Positions 7,519-14,837 of a DNA stretch of 48,729 nt are shown piece by piece. A model generated the notes under the pieces. That model saw only the letters and a list, made by a program, of their open reading frames with translations. It was not told the origin of the DNA and made no database searches. Position 1 is the stretch's first letter. Every line of letters starts with the position of its first letter. The translations under genes and the position numbers were made by a program. This stretch comes from an uncultured Candidatus Saccharibacteria bacterium (lineage in GTDB: Bacteria > Patescibacteriota > Minisyncoccia > Sungbacterales > HO2-52-23): contig CAYJOT010000001.1 in NCBI GenBank assembly GCA_964371935.1, positions 1 through 48,729 on the forward strand, given 5' to 3'.

Positions 7519-7559
7519 TGCTTTCGTAAAAACTCTTATGTCGCTCTCGACCTTTTCAG

Positions 7560-7904
7560 TTAACTGACAGTTTCTGTTTTTTCGGATGCTGCGGGTCCCG
7601 CGGACTCTGGAGGCATCCCGCTTCGCGGGATCTCGCGTAGCGAGACAGGCACGACGTTTCTCTTTTTCCCGCATACCACTCCATTTGCGATCAGCATGTT
7701 ATATGCCGTGTCTGACACCTGCGCACCTTTTGACATCCAATGCAAAATACGATCATTTTTCAAAATGGTCTCTTTGGTCTTGGGGTGGTATGACCCCAGC
7801 ACCTCCATGCCGCTCGACTGCGGCTTTGAGCGCCGCTCGCCGATAACCATGCGAAACGCCGGATCATTTTTCCTGCCTACGCGCTGAAGACGTATGACTA
7901 ACAT
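7560..7904 (-). CDS. rpsP: 30S ribosomal protein S16
   Basis: The protein begins MLVIRLQRVGRKNDPAFRMV. The start was set at the ATG at 7904. Confidence 0.93.
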   Translation of the reverse strand: MLVIRLQRVGRKNDPAFRMVIGERRSKPQSSGMEVLGSYHPKTKETILKNDRILHWMSKGAQVSDTAYNMLIANGVVCGKKRNVVPVSLREIPRSGMPPESAGPAASEKTETVS

Positions 7905-7936
7905 ACCGTTACTATACCAAAAAAGCTCACAAAAAG

Positions 7937-8293
7937 TCAACCACCCAATCTTGCACGCGTTTTTACTCCTACAACTCCATACCCTGTGGTTCGCGGAGAT
8001 CCGGAACAGACGATTTTTTGGCTGCACTGGAATTTTTTTACCGCAGTCAAGGTAAGGAAACCGAAGAAGCCAGAATCATTTCCGGCCGCTAACAGCCCTT
8101 TTGCAATAAGTATCCTTTGCAATGTTTTGACGGATTCGCTCCGCATGCCGTACAAGAGATTGCCGCTCAAAAGAACTGCTGATGTTGCTTGAGGCGATGC
8201 CGGTGGTATCGGCATTATAGGCGATGAAGAAACTGGAACCGGTATTCCCAAAGTTGTGGTTGCGGTGCTCGTTGCGGTTGCGCTGGCGGTCAC
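7937..8293 (-). CDS. Peptidoglycan-binding (PG_binding_1-like) domain segment, probably the frameshifted C-terminus of the upstream FN3 gene
   Basis: The segment reads GMRSESVKTLQRILIAKGLL...GFFGFLTLTAVKKFQ. It has only a GTG start, no signal peptide, and its frame stays open upstream into 8293-8347. Confidence 0.5.
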   Translation of the reverse strand: MTASATATSTATTTLGIPVPVSSSPIMPIPPASPQATSAVLLSGNLLYGMRSESVKTLQRILIAKGLLAAGNDSGFFGFLTLTAVKKFQCSQKIVCSGSPRTTGYGVVGVKTRARLGG

Positions 8294-9087
8294 TAAAGAG
8301 TCGAGGTTGCCAAAGATGAAGCTGGGAGCGGCACAACTATTATTGGAGGTGCCGCCAGAGTCATGCCGGACGCGATGTTGGATATCGATATTCCAGAGAT
8401 ATTCCCGGCTTTGTCGCGCGCTCGGACTGCTACGTAATACTTGGTGCTCGTTGCAAGGTTTTGCGCAGTGTATGATTCTTGAGATCCGGGCCCTTGGGGC
8501 GTAAGAGAATTAGGTAACACCGCGGCATTGTTCCACCACTGCAAAGCGCCGATTTCCGGTATGGTCGTATATGACGCGCGAATCTCATAGCTGGTTGAAG
8601 TGCCTGTTGGCCCATCGCCGCCCGGGGCAACCCATGTGAGCACGAGTGAAGTGACAGTGGCGCTCGCGACCCGAAGGGAAGTTATCTCTTCAGGGGGCAT
8701 GTAGTCAAGAGGCGGATTTGTCGTGAAGGTACGATCCGCATCAACCCGTTCCCTACCTGACGCATCAGTCGAGCGCACGCGATAATGATAGATCGTATTC
8801 GTATCAAGCGGCAAGAGCTGAATCTGGTGAAATGTACGCAAGCTCGGCTCAATGATGGAATTTATTTCATAACTGATCGTCAAACCATAATCCAGACGCG
8901 TGGTTGCCGGCACATCGGTATTCCAGGAAATAATCGCCGATGATTGCGTGATGTTATCCACGGCAACACTGGAGATAACCGGCGGATTCGAACTCGGCGG
9001 CGTTTGGGCAGAGGTGGAGATGCCGGGGAAGACAAATGTAACCACCGCAAATATAATTGCCAAAAAAAATTTTTGATAGATGTTCAT
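8293..9087 (-). CDS. Secreted protein with two fibronectin type III-like domains
   Basis: It has a signal peptide (MNIYQKFFLAIIFAVVTFVFPGISTSA) and two FN3-like units (ISWNTDVPATTRLDYG...YHYRVRS; LTWVAPGGDG...YYVAVRARD). Confidence 0.8.
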   Translation of the reverse strand: MNIYQKFFLAIIFAVVTFVFPGISTSAQTPPSSNPPVISSVAVDNITQSSAIISWNTDVPATTRLDYGLTISYEINSIIEPSLRTFHQIQLLPLDTNTIYHYRVRSTDASGRERVDADRTFTTNPPLDYMPPEEITSLRVASATVTSLVLTWVAPGGDGPTGTSTSYEIRASYTTIPEIGALQWWNNAAVLPNSLTPQGPGSQESYTAQNLATSTKYYVAVRARDKAGNISGISISNIASGMTLAAPPIIVVPLPASSLATSTL

Positions 9088-9192
9088 AAATCCTTTACCT
9101 TCAACCTTCCCCTAGTCTCCTCCTTAATAAATAAGGGGGGAGGGATGGTGATCCTATAAAGTAGTATCCTGTCTTTCAATTATACCACCGAT

Positions 9193-11532
9193 CTACTTGC
9201 TCGTATACGTTTCCGCTTGTTCTAATTTGAGCGAGAGCAGTTTTGAAACGCCGTCGTCGCCCATGGTAATGCCGTAAAGCACACCGGCGGACTTCATGGT
9301 TTCGCGGTTGTGGGTGATCACGATCAGCTGGGTGGCTTTGGCAAGCTCGGTGAGAATGGCGCCGTAGCGCTGCGAGTTTGCCTCGTCAAGCGCGGCATCC
9401 GTTTCATCCAAAATAAGAAACGGCGGTGGATTTACCGCGGCAATCGCAAACAGAAGCGCAATAGAAGTAAGCGCGCGCTCCCCACCCGAGAGCATGGCAA
9501 GCGACTTGATGCGTTTGCGCGGAAGATCAACTTCAATCTCGATCCCCTCCTTCGCCAAGGCTTCGGAGGGCGCGCCCTCCTCATCTTCTTCGTCCGCAGA
9601 CTCGTCCGCCATAGCTTTAGCGGCGGCGGAAGCTTCAAGCGAAAGAGGATCATTTGTCATTTTCAACTCCGCTTTTCCTCCTCCGAAAATAATGTTGAAA
9701 TAGGTTTGAAATTCCGCGGTTATTTTTCTAAAGCCATCGTGAAAATCTCGCCGCATGTGCTCGTCAAGCTCTTTAATCAATTCCGCAAGAGACACCGATG
9801 CTTGCCGCACATCATCAAGCTCTTTTACCAGAAACGCGTGGCGAGCTTCGGTGTCTTTGTATTCGGTGACCACCAAGGGATCAATACCTCCGATCTCCTC
9901 AAGCTTGCCGGTTAATCGTTCGATCCTCCGTTTAATGTCTGCCGGTTGTAATGCTGCATATTCTTGGCCATCCGCACCGTTTGCAAGAATTTCATCAGCC
10001 GATACATTGGCAGCTTCACGTTCGCGGTTGAGTTCATCTTCCCGGGTGCGAAGCCGTTCCTCATCAAATCGGAACCGCTCGGCCTCAAGCATGACATCGC
10101 GCTGCTCCTCCTGTTTTACGCGAAGCAATCCCTCGATCTCGCGGATACGCGATTGCGCTTCCCGAAAAGCCGCGTATTCTTTTTGCCGCTGCTGCTCCCG
10201 CTGTTCAATCTCGGCGCTAACACGGCCGACTTCCTGCTGAATCGTGACAAGCGCGCCTTCGAGTTCACAGACAAGGCGGGATTCCTCCGGCGTATCATAA
10301 AGTTCCCGTGCGGCTTTATTTCCCTCGGTGCCACCCGGGCCGCCTTCTCCGGCAACGCCTCTTTCAACTCCAACGTCACGTCGCGAGTCAATCTCTGCCA
10401 AAAGCTCCTCGAGCCGGCTGATCAATCCTGCGCCGCGACTGCGCACTTCATCTATATCATTGTATCCGGAAAAGATCTGACGCAGTTCGTAAATGTAGTG
10501 CGTAAGCCGCTCCCGCACATAGGACGCATCCACCGGGCGCTGGTCGGCATTATGGCCCGGCATGCCCATTCGACTTCGCTCACGGTCGCGTTCTGCTTCC
10601 AGCCGTCCCTCAAGCCGCCCAAGCTCGCGCTCAAGCTCGCGTCGCCGCCCGGCAAGCTCGGCGATCTTCCGCTCCGTTCCGACTTTGTCGGGACCGCCAC
10701 CTGCCGACGACCTCTCAAGCTCGGCCAGACGCGCGGTCAGACGGATGATCTCGACATTAATCTCCTCCTCCCGGTGCCGTATCGGGTCCGCATGCACGTT
10801 CACGCGCGCTTTCTCTTCTTGGATCGCGCGCAATTCCGATGTCCAGTATGCTTTTTGAAAATTCCGCAGCTCGGCCTCGGTGCGCTCCCGCGTTTCGGCC
10901 TTGTCCGCCTGCAGCCGGAGAAATTTCAGGTGCGGGGCAAGCTCGCGGATCAAGGACTCAACCTGCTTTATATTTTCCTCGGTTGCCAAAAGCTTGCGCT
11001 CGGTCTCATTTTTCTTCAGCTGGTACACGCGCAAACCCAGCGCCTCTTCAAGCATGCCCCTGCGCTCGCGCGGCGATGCCGTCAAAATCTGGTCAACTTC
11101 GCCCTGCCCGATGATATTGTGTTTTGATTCGCCCAACCCCATCCGGGCGGTGAGCATAACCACGTCGCGCATGCGCACGACCGAGTTGTTGATCGCATAC
11201 TCGTTCATGCCGTCCCGGAAAATTTTCCGCGAAAGTATCAACTCATCAAACTCTATCGGAATCTGCCGATCATGGTTGTCAAACACGAGCGTTACCGCGG
11301 CCTTGCCCATGCGCGGCGTCTGCGTTGATCCGTTCCAGATCAAATCCTCTCCCTTTTTTCCCCGCAGCGATTTCATGGACTGCTCCCCCAGCACCCACTG
11401 CATCGCATCCTTGATATTGGACTTCCCTGACCCGTTGGGCCCCACCACGGCCGTGATCCGCGAAGGAAATTCCAAAACCGTCGTTTTCGCAAACGACTTG
11501 AAACCAGAGAGTTCAAGACGAGTGAGGCGCAT
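9193..11532 (-). CDS. smc: SMC-family ATPase, short form (779 aa) with no recognisable hinge
   Basis: The N-terminal head carries FKSFA and GPNGSGKSN. The C-terminal head carries LSGGERALTSIALLFA and ILDETDAALD. The middle is coiled-coil-like with a Gly-rich stretch (GVAGEGGPGGTEG). Confidence 0.85.
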   Translation of the reverse strand: MRLTRLELSGFKSFAKTTVLEFPSRITAVVGPNGSGKSNIKDAMQWVLGEQSMKSLRGKKGEDLIWNGSTQTPRMGKAAVTLVFDNHDRQIPIEFDELILSRKIFRDGMNEYAINNSVVRMRDVVMLTARMGLGESKHNIIGQGEVDQILTASPRERRGMLEEALGLRVYQLKKNETERKLLATEENIKQVESLIRELAPHLKFLRLQADKAETRERTEAELRNFQKAYWTSELRAIQEEKARVNVHADPIRHREEEINVEIIRLTARLAELERSSAGGGPDKVGTERKIAELAGRRRELERELGRLEGRLEAERDRERSRMGMPGHNADQRPVDASYVRERLTHYIYELRQIFSGYNDIDEVRSRGAGLISRLEELLAEIDSRRDVGVERGVAGEGGPGGTEGNKAARELYDTPEESRLVCELEGALVTIQQEVGRVSAEIEQREQQRQKEYAAFREAQSRIREIEGLLRVKQEEQRDVMLEAERFRFDEERLRTREDELNREREAANVSADEILANGADGQEYAALQPADIKRRIERLTGKLEEIGGIDPLVVTEYKDTEARHAFLVKELDDVRQASVSLAELIKELDEHMRRDFHDGFRKITAEFQTYFNIIFGGGKAELKMTNDPLSLEASAAAKAMADESADEEDEEGAPSEALAKEGIEIEVDLPRKRIKSLAMLSGGERALTSIALLFAIAAVNPPPFLILDETDAALDEANSQRYGAILTELAKATQLIVITHNRETMKSAGVLYGITMGDDGVSKLLSLKLEQAETYTSK

Positions 11533-11617
11533 AGGAGCTATTGACAGAGTGATTGATAATTAGTGCCTTATCTTCGAGACCGCTCATTAACAAGATCCAT
11601 TCGCAAGGAGATCTGAC

Positions 11618-11698
11618 ATGAATAAAAACGAACTACTTCAGAAAATAAGGCTTATACAAGCAGGCAAGATTTCAGAGTCGTGGATGCTGTTGAATTAG
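11618..11698 (+). CDS. 26-codon small ORF with a strong SD; possibly the stub of a decayed gene
   Basis: AAGGAG at 11605-11610 lies 7 nt before the ATG. The peptide is MNKNELLQKIRLIQAGKISESWMLLN. A hairpin AGCAGCAGAT...ATCTGCTGCT follows at ~11803-11838. Confidence 0.25.
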   Translation: MNKNELLQKIRLIQAGKISESWMLLN

Positions 11699-11851
11699 CT
11701 CCTGGCATTATTGCTGTTTCCGATTCAATGGATGAAATCGACATCTACATTTCATTCAATCTGGGAACAATCAGAAGATTAATCTATGCACTAGTAACGT
11801 ATACCAGCAGCAGATATCCAGACGGAATCTGCTGCTATTCAATTTCTCCCA

Positions 11852-12544
11852 TCACGCCCACCCCTTCGTATGCAATCCCAGCCGCGCGGCCTCTTCCTGG
11901 CCGGTTTGTTTGGATGCGCCCTCGCCCTCAGCTACGAGATCGACACCAAGGTATACGCCGACGACAAAATGCTTGTCGTGGTCAGGGCCCCATTCGCGAA
12001 TAACCTCGTAGGTGGGAGTGATGCCAACTCGCTCCTGGGCTTCTTCCTGAAAAAGCGACTTCGGATCTTTGTACAATTTTTTCTCAAGCACTTCTGACAG
12101 ACGCGGCATGACGAAACGCATGAGAAAATCTCTGGCGATCGCATACCCCTGGTCAAGATAGATGGCGCCGATCAATGCCTCCATCGCGTTTGCGAGGATG
12201 TACTGCCTGGCGCGGCCCACGTCTTTTGCCTCGCCGCGCGAGAGTAGCATAAATTCATTGAGTTCAATCTCGCCCGCAACCTCCGCAAGCATTTTTGCGT
12301 TGACGAGCGCTGCGCGAAAACTGGTCAAATCGCCTTCGGGCTTGTCCGGAAACTTCGCGTAGAGTTCTTCGGTAATCACCAATTCCAAAACCGCGTCCCC
12401 CAAAAATTCAAGACGTTCATTGTGCCCCACGCGAAACGCCGGGTTTTCATTCAAATACGAGCGGTGCGTGAGCGCCTGCAAAAGCAGATCTTTATTTGCA
12501 AAGACAACTGAAATTTTTTCTTCAAGCTGGGAGAGATTGTTCAT
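11852..12544 (-). CDS. rnc: Ribonuclease III
   Basis: It carries the signature NERLEFLGDAVLELVITEELY and a C-terminal dsRBD. The start was set at the ATG at 12544 (MNNLSQLEEK). Confidence 0.92.
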   Translation of the reverse strand: MNNLSQLEEKISVVFANKDLLLQALTHRSYLNENPAFRVGHNERLEFLGDAVLELVITEELYAKFPDKPEGDLTSFRAALVNAKMLAEVAGEIELNEFMLLSRGEAKDVGRARQYILANAMEALIGAIYLDQGYAIARDFLMRFVMPRLSEVLEKKLYKDPKSLFQEEAQERVGITPTYEVIREWGPDHDKHFVVGVYLGVDLVAEGEGASKQTGQEEAARLGLHTKGWA

Positions 12545-13025
12545 CAGATATTTCTTCTTTTTTCTTGGCAAGCTCATCGCGCGTCGGGTATTCTTTGCCC
12601 GGCTCGCCGATCTCGCGATAGACCGTGCCAAGCACGCCGTTCACAAATTTGCCAGATGAGTCCCCGCCAAATGCTTTGGCAAGCTCAATGGCCTCGTTGA
12701 TCGCGACTTTGGGCGGCACCTCTTCGTGCTTGCCGAACAAAAGTTCATACAAGCCCAGCCGTAATACGGCGCGGTCAACCGCCGTGATCTGCTCAATTGG
12801 CCAGGCAGGCGCGGCTTCTTTAATAATCTGATCAATGCGCTCAAGGTGCTCCACCGTGCCGTGCACCAGCTGGTTGATGAATTCATATTCTTCTTCAAGC
12901 CCGGGTCCGAATTCGGCTTTGTTACGCTCGACAATACCCGCCAGCGTGTCTGCCGGTTTCTTATAAAAGTCCCACTCAAAAAGGGACTGCATTGCAATAG
13001 AACGAGCGAGATGGCGGGAAGCCAT
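12522..13025 (-). CDS. nusB: Transcription antitermination factor NusB
   Basis: The protein begins MASRHLARSIAMQSLFEWDF and carries AVDRAVLRLGLYELLF. Confidence 0.88.
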   Translation of the reverse strand: MASRHLARSIAMQSLFEWDFYKKPADTLAGIVERNKAEFGPGLEEEYEFINQLVHGTVEHLERIDQIIKEAAPAWPIEQITAVDRAVLRLGLYELLFGKHEEVPPKVAINEAIELAKAFGGDSSGKFVNGVLGTVYREIGEPGKEYPTRDELAKKKEEISDEQSLPA

Positions 13026-13034
13026 AAGTAAGGG

Positions 13035-13265
13035 CTAATTCTTTGTTGCCAATTCTTTTTCCTTCTTTTTCTTCTCTTTTTTGCCAAGTTTCGCAAGCAC
13101 GTCAACCACCTGCCGGGTGCCATAGTACCCGCAATTCTTGCACATCACATGCGGCTGCACCGGCTTTGCGCAATGCCCGCACACGCCAAGTTTTTTCGGC
13201 GTCAGCGCATGATGCGACCGCACCCGATTGCGCTTCCCCTTCGTATGTTTCATCCGGATTACCAT
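13035..13265 (-). CDS. rpmF: 50S ribosomal protein L32 with a Lys-rich tail
   Basis: It carries RNRVRSHHAL and the zinc ribbon CGHC...CKNCGYY. Confidence 0.88.
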   Translation of the reverse strand: MVIRMKHTKGKRNRVRSHHALTPKKLGVCGHCAKPVQPHVMCKNCGYYGTRQVVDVLAKLGKKEKKKKEKELATKN

Positions 13266-13280
13266 AGTTTTTGAAAAAAA

Positions 13281-13559
13281 TTAACGGTAAAGCTCGTCGT
13301 GTGTCCCTATATCAAAATAGATAACCTCCTCTCCACCACGAAATGCGAATACAATCCTATATTCATAGTCCACAGAATACGACCATTCACCCGCACGCGG
13401 TCCCTGAAGTTTATGGGTCTTGAGACGGACATCAAAAGCATTAGCTTTAAAAATATTTTCTTGTCCCTTTACTTTTTACTGGAGACCAACAGGAAGTTTA
13501 ACAAAAGAACGAAGGAATCGCGGACTGTATTCAATCTTTTTTATTTTTCTTTCTGGCAT
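13281..13559 (-). pseudogene. RelE/ParE-family toxin gene inactivated by a single in-frame TAA
   Basis: The ATG is at 13559. The reading is MPERKIKKIEYSPRFLRSFVKLPVGLQ, then TAA (13478-13476), then KVKGQENIF...LQGPRAGEWSYSVDYEYRIVFAFRGGEEVIYFDIGTHDELYR in the same frame. It overlaps the 3' end of the antitoxin gene. Confidence 0.75.
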
Positions 13560-13848
13560 ACATACGTAATGCTTCATCAATCGAAGAAGCGCTTATGGTC
13601 TTCCCCGCCTTATATTCCGCCATTGCCTCTCGCACACGCTCATCCAGTCGCTCCGCCGCTTTCCCGTGCAATTGATACACCGGTACCTGATATTTCTTAC
13701 CCTTTGACGTGTGGGTTTCGTACCCACTAAACGTTGGACCCAAGCGATCCCGCTCCTTGAGCCGCTCATACTCCCGACGCGGCAAAACAACAAGATCTTC
13801 ATGTCCCGTAACCTTTTTAGAAATAGTCGCAATAGGGGTTACATTCAT
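13531..13848 (-). CDS. Putative type II antitoxin, partner of the RelE-like pseudogene
   Basis: A 105-aa ORF immediately upstream of and overlapping the toxin remnant. The assignment rests on gene context only. Confidence 0.55.
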   Translation of the reverse strand: MNVTPIATISKKVTGHEDLVVLPRREYERLKERDRLGPTFSGYETHTSKGKKYQVPVYQLHGKAAERLDERVREAMAEYKAGKTISASSIDEALRMYARKKNKKD

Positions 13849-13883
13849 ACACTCCTATCCTACCAAAAACAAAATAGTTTGGC

Positions 13884-13913
13884 AAATGAAAAGCCCCGAC
13901 TTTCGCTTGGGGC
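13884..13913 (-). terminator. Intrinsic terminator after the zinc-ribbon gene
   Basis: On the minus-strand RNA the hairpin GCCCC-AAGCGAAAGUC-GGGGC is followed by UUUUCAUUU. Confidence 0.65.
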
Positions 13914-13947
13914 AAAACAGTACTGTTTTCGACTTGAAGAAAACCCG

Positions 13948-14154
13948 CTAAAGTAATTCTGCTTCATCAGTAAAGCTGATCTCAGTTTTCTCTGCGGTAA
14001 TGACTTGGCTTGCAAGACATACTCCGCATACGGGGCAATAAGCTAAATTTGGGTAATCTTCTCCGCAAAGAAGATTACTTATTTTGGACGTAGTCAAACA
14101 GCTTAAACACCTGAGACGGCTATCTGAAGTAACAACACCAATATGCTTTTCCAT
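13948..14154 (-). CDS. Small zinc-ribbon protein (68 aa), function unknown
   Basis: GGAGG lies 6 nt upstream of the ATG at 14154. The protein has CLSC...CPVC cysteine pairs. Confidence 0.65.
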   Translation of the reverse strand: MEKHIGVVTSDSRLRCLSCLTTSKISNLLCGEDYPNLAYCPVCGVCLASQVITAEKTEISFTDEAELL

Positions 14155-14215
14155 TTCAACCTCCTTTACGATATCTGACGAACTAGAAAAAGAGTAAATC
14201 TTTTGAGGTCGCCCG

Positions 14216-14770
14216 TCAACCACACCGAAATGATTTCCGATGCACCTCACACCTTCCAAATTTCCTAATCATCTCGCGATGCAGCTCGGTGCTATATCCT
14301 TTGTGCAAATCGAAACGGTACGCGGGATATTTTTTGTGGGTGCGCAGCATAATGCGGTCGCGGGTGACTTTGGCGATTATGGATGCGGCGGAAATAATGG
14401 GGATAAGTTCGTCGCCCCTGATGATAGTTTCGTGCGAAATGGGCCACGGCAGATGCAAGCTGCCGTCAAGTAAGGCATAGATATGCTTCGATTCCAGACT
14501 TAGTCTGGAAAATACCCTCCGTGCGCCTATCTGTGCGGCCTGGTAAATATTGATGCGATCGATCACTCCGGGCGATATGCGCGAGACAGTCCATTGGATA
14601 CGCGGATGGCCGGTCAGAAAATCAAACCATTCTTCGCGTTGCTTGACCGACAGCTGTTTGGAGTCCCTAATGCCTGCGAGCGCCCGCGCCGCAAGCCGCG
14701 GGGTCATGAGTACTCCGGCAACCACCACCGGCCCAGCAAGCGGCCCCCGTCCGGCTTCGTCTATACCCAT
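14216..14770 (-). CDS. rnhB: Ribonuclease HII
   Basis: The N-terminus is MGIDEAGRGPLAGPVVVAGV. The start is uncertain, with alternative ATGs at 14806 and 14809. The ORF-track start at 14848 would overlap the divergent dnaE start. Confidence 0.88.
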   Translation of the reverse strand: MGIDEAGRGPLAGPVVVAGVLMTPRLAARALAGIRDSKQLSVKQREEWFDFLTGHPRIQWTVSRISPGVIDRINIYQAAQIGARRVFSRLSLESKHIYALLDGSLHLPWPISHETIIRGDELIPIISAASIIAKVTRDRIMLRTHKKYPAYRFDLHKGYSTELHREMIRKFGRCEVHRKSFRCG

Positions 14771-14837
14771 GATCTTTCCACCACTTTTTTTATTTGCTTT
14801 GCGCATCATCGTCGTTGATAGTATCATGAAAGGCACA

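Noticed and set aside
9964-11127. Long antisense ORFs: 387 aa opposite smc, and also 4023..4946, 14892..15527, 16365..16922, 20993..21700, 22398..23057, 28687..29430, 34728..35345, 39823..40971 and 44891..45583
   Set aside because: Each lies opposite a gene with unmistakable conserved motifs. Their composition is low-complexity and Arg/Ser/Pro-rich, which is typical of shadow frames.
13299-13730. 143-aa plus-strand ORF
   Set aside because: It lies antisense to the RelE-like remnant and the antitoxin gene, whose family-typical motifs explain the region.
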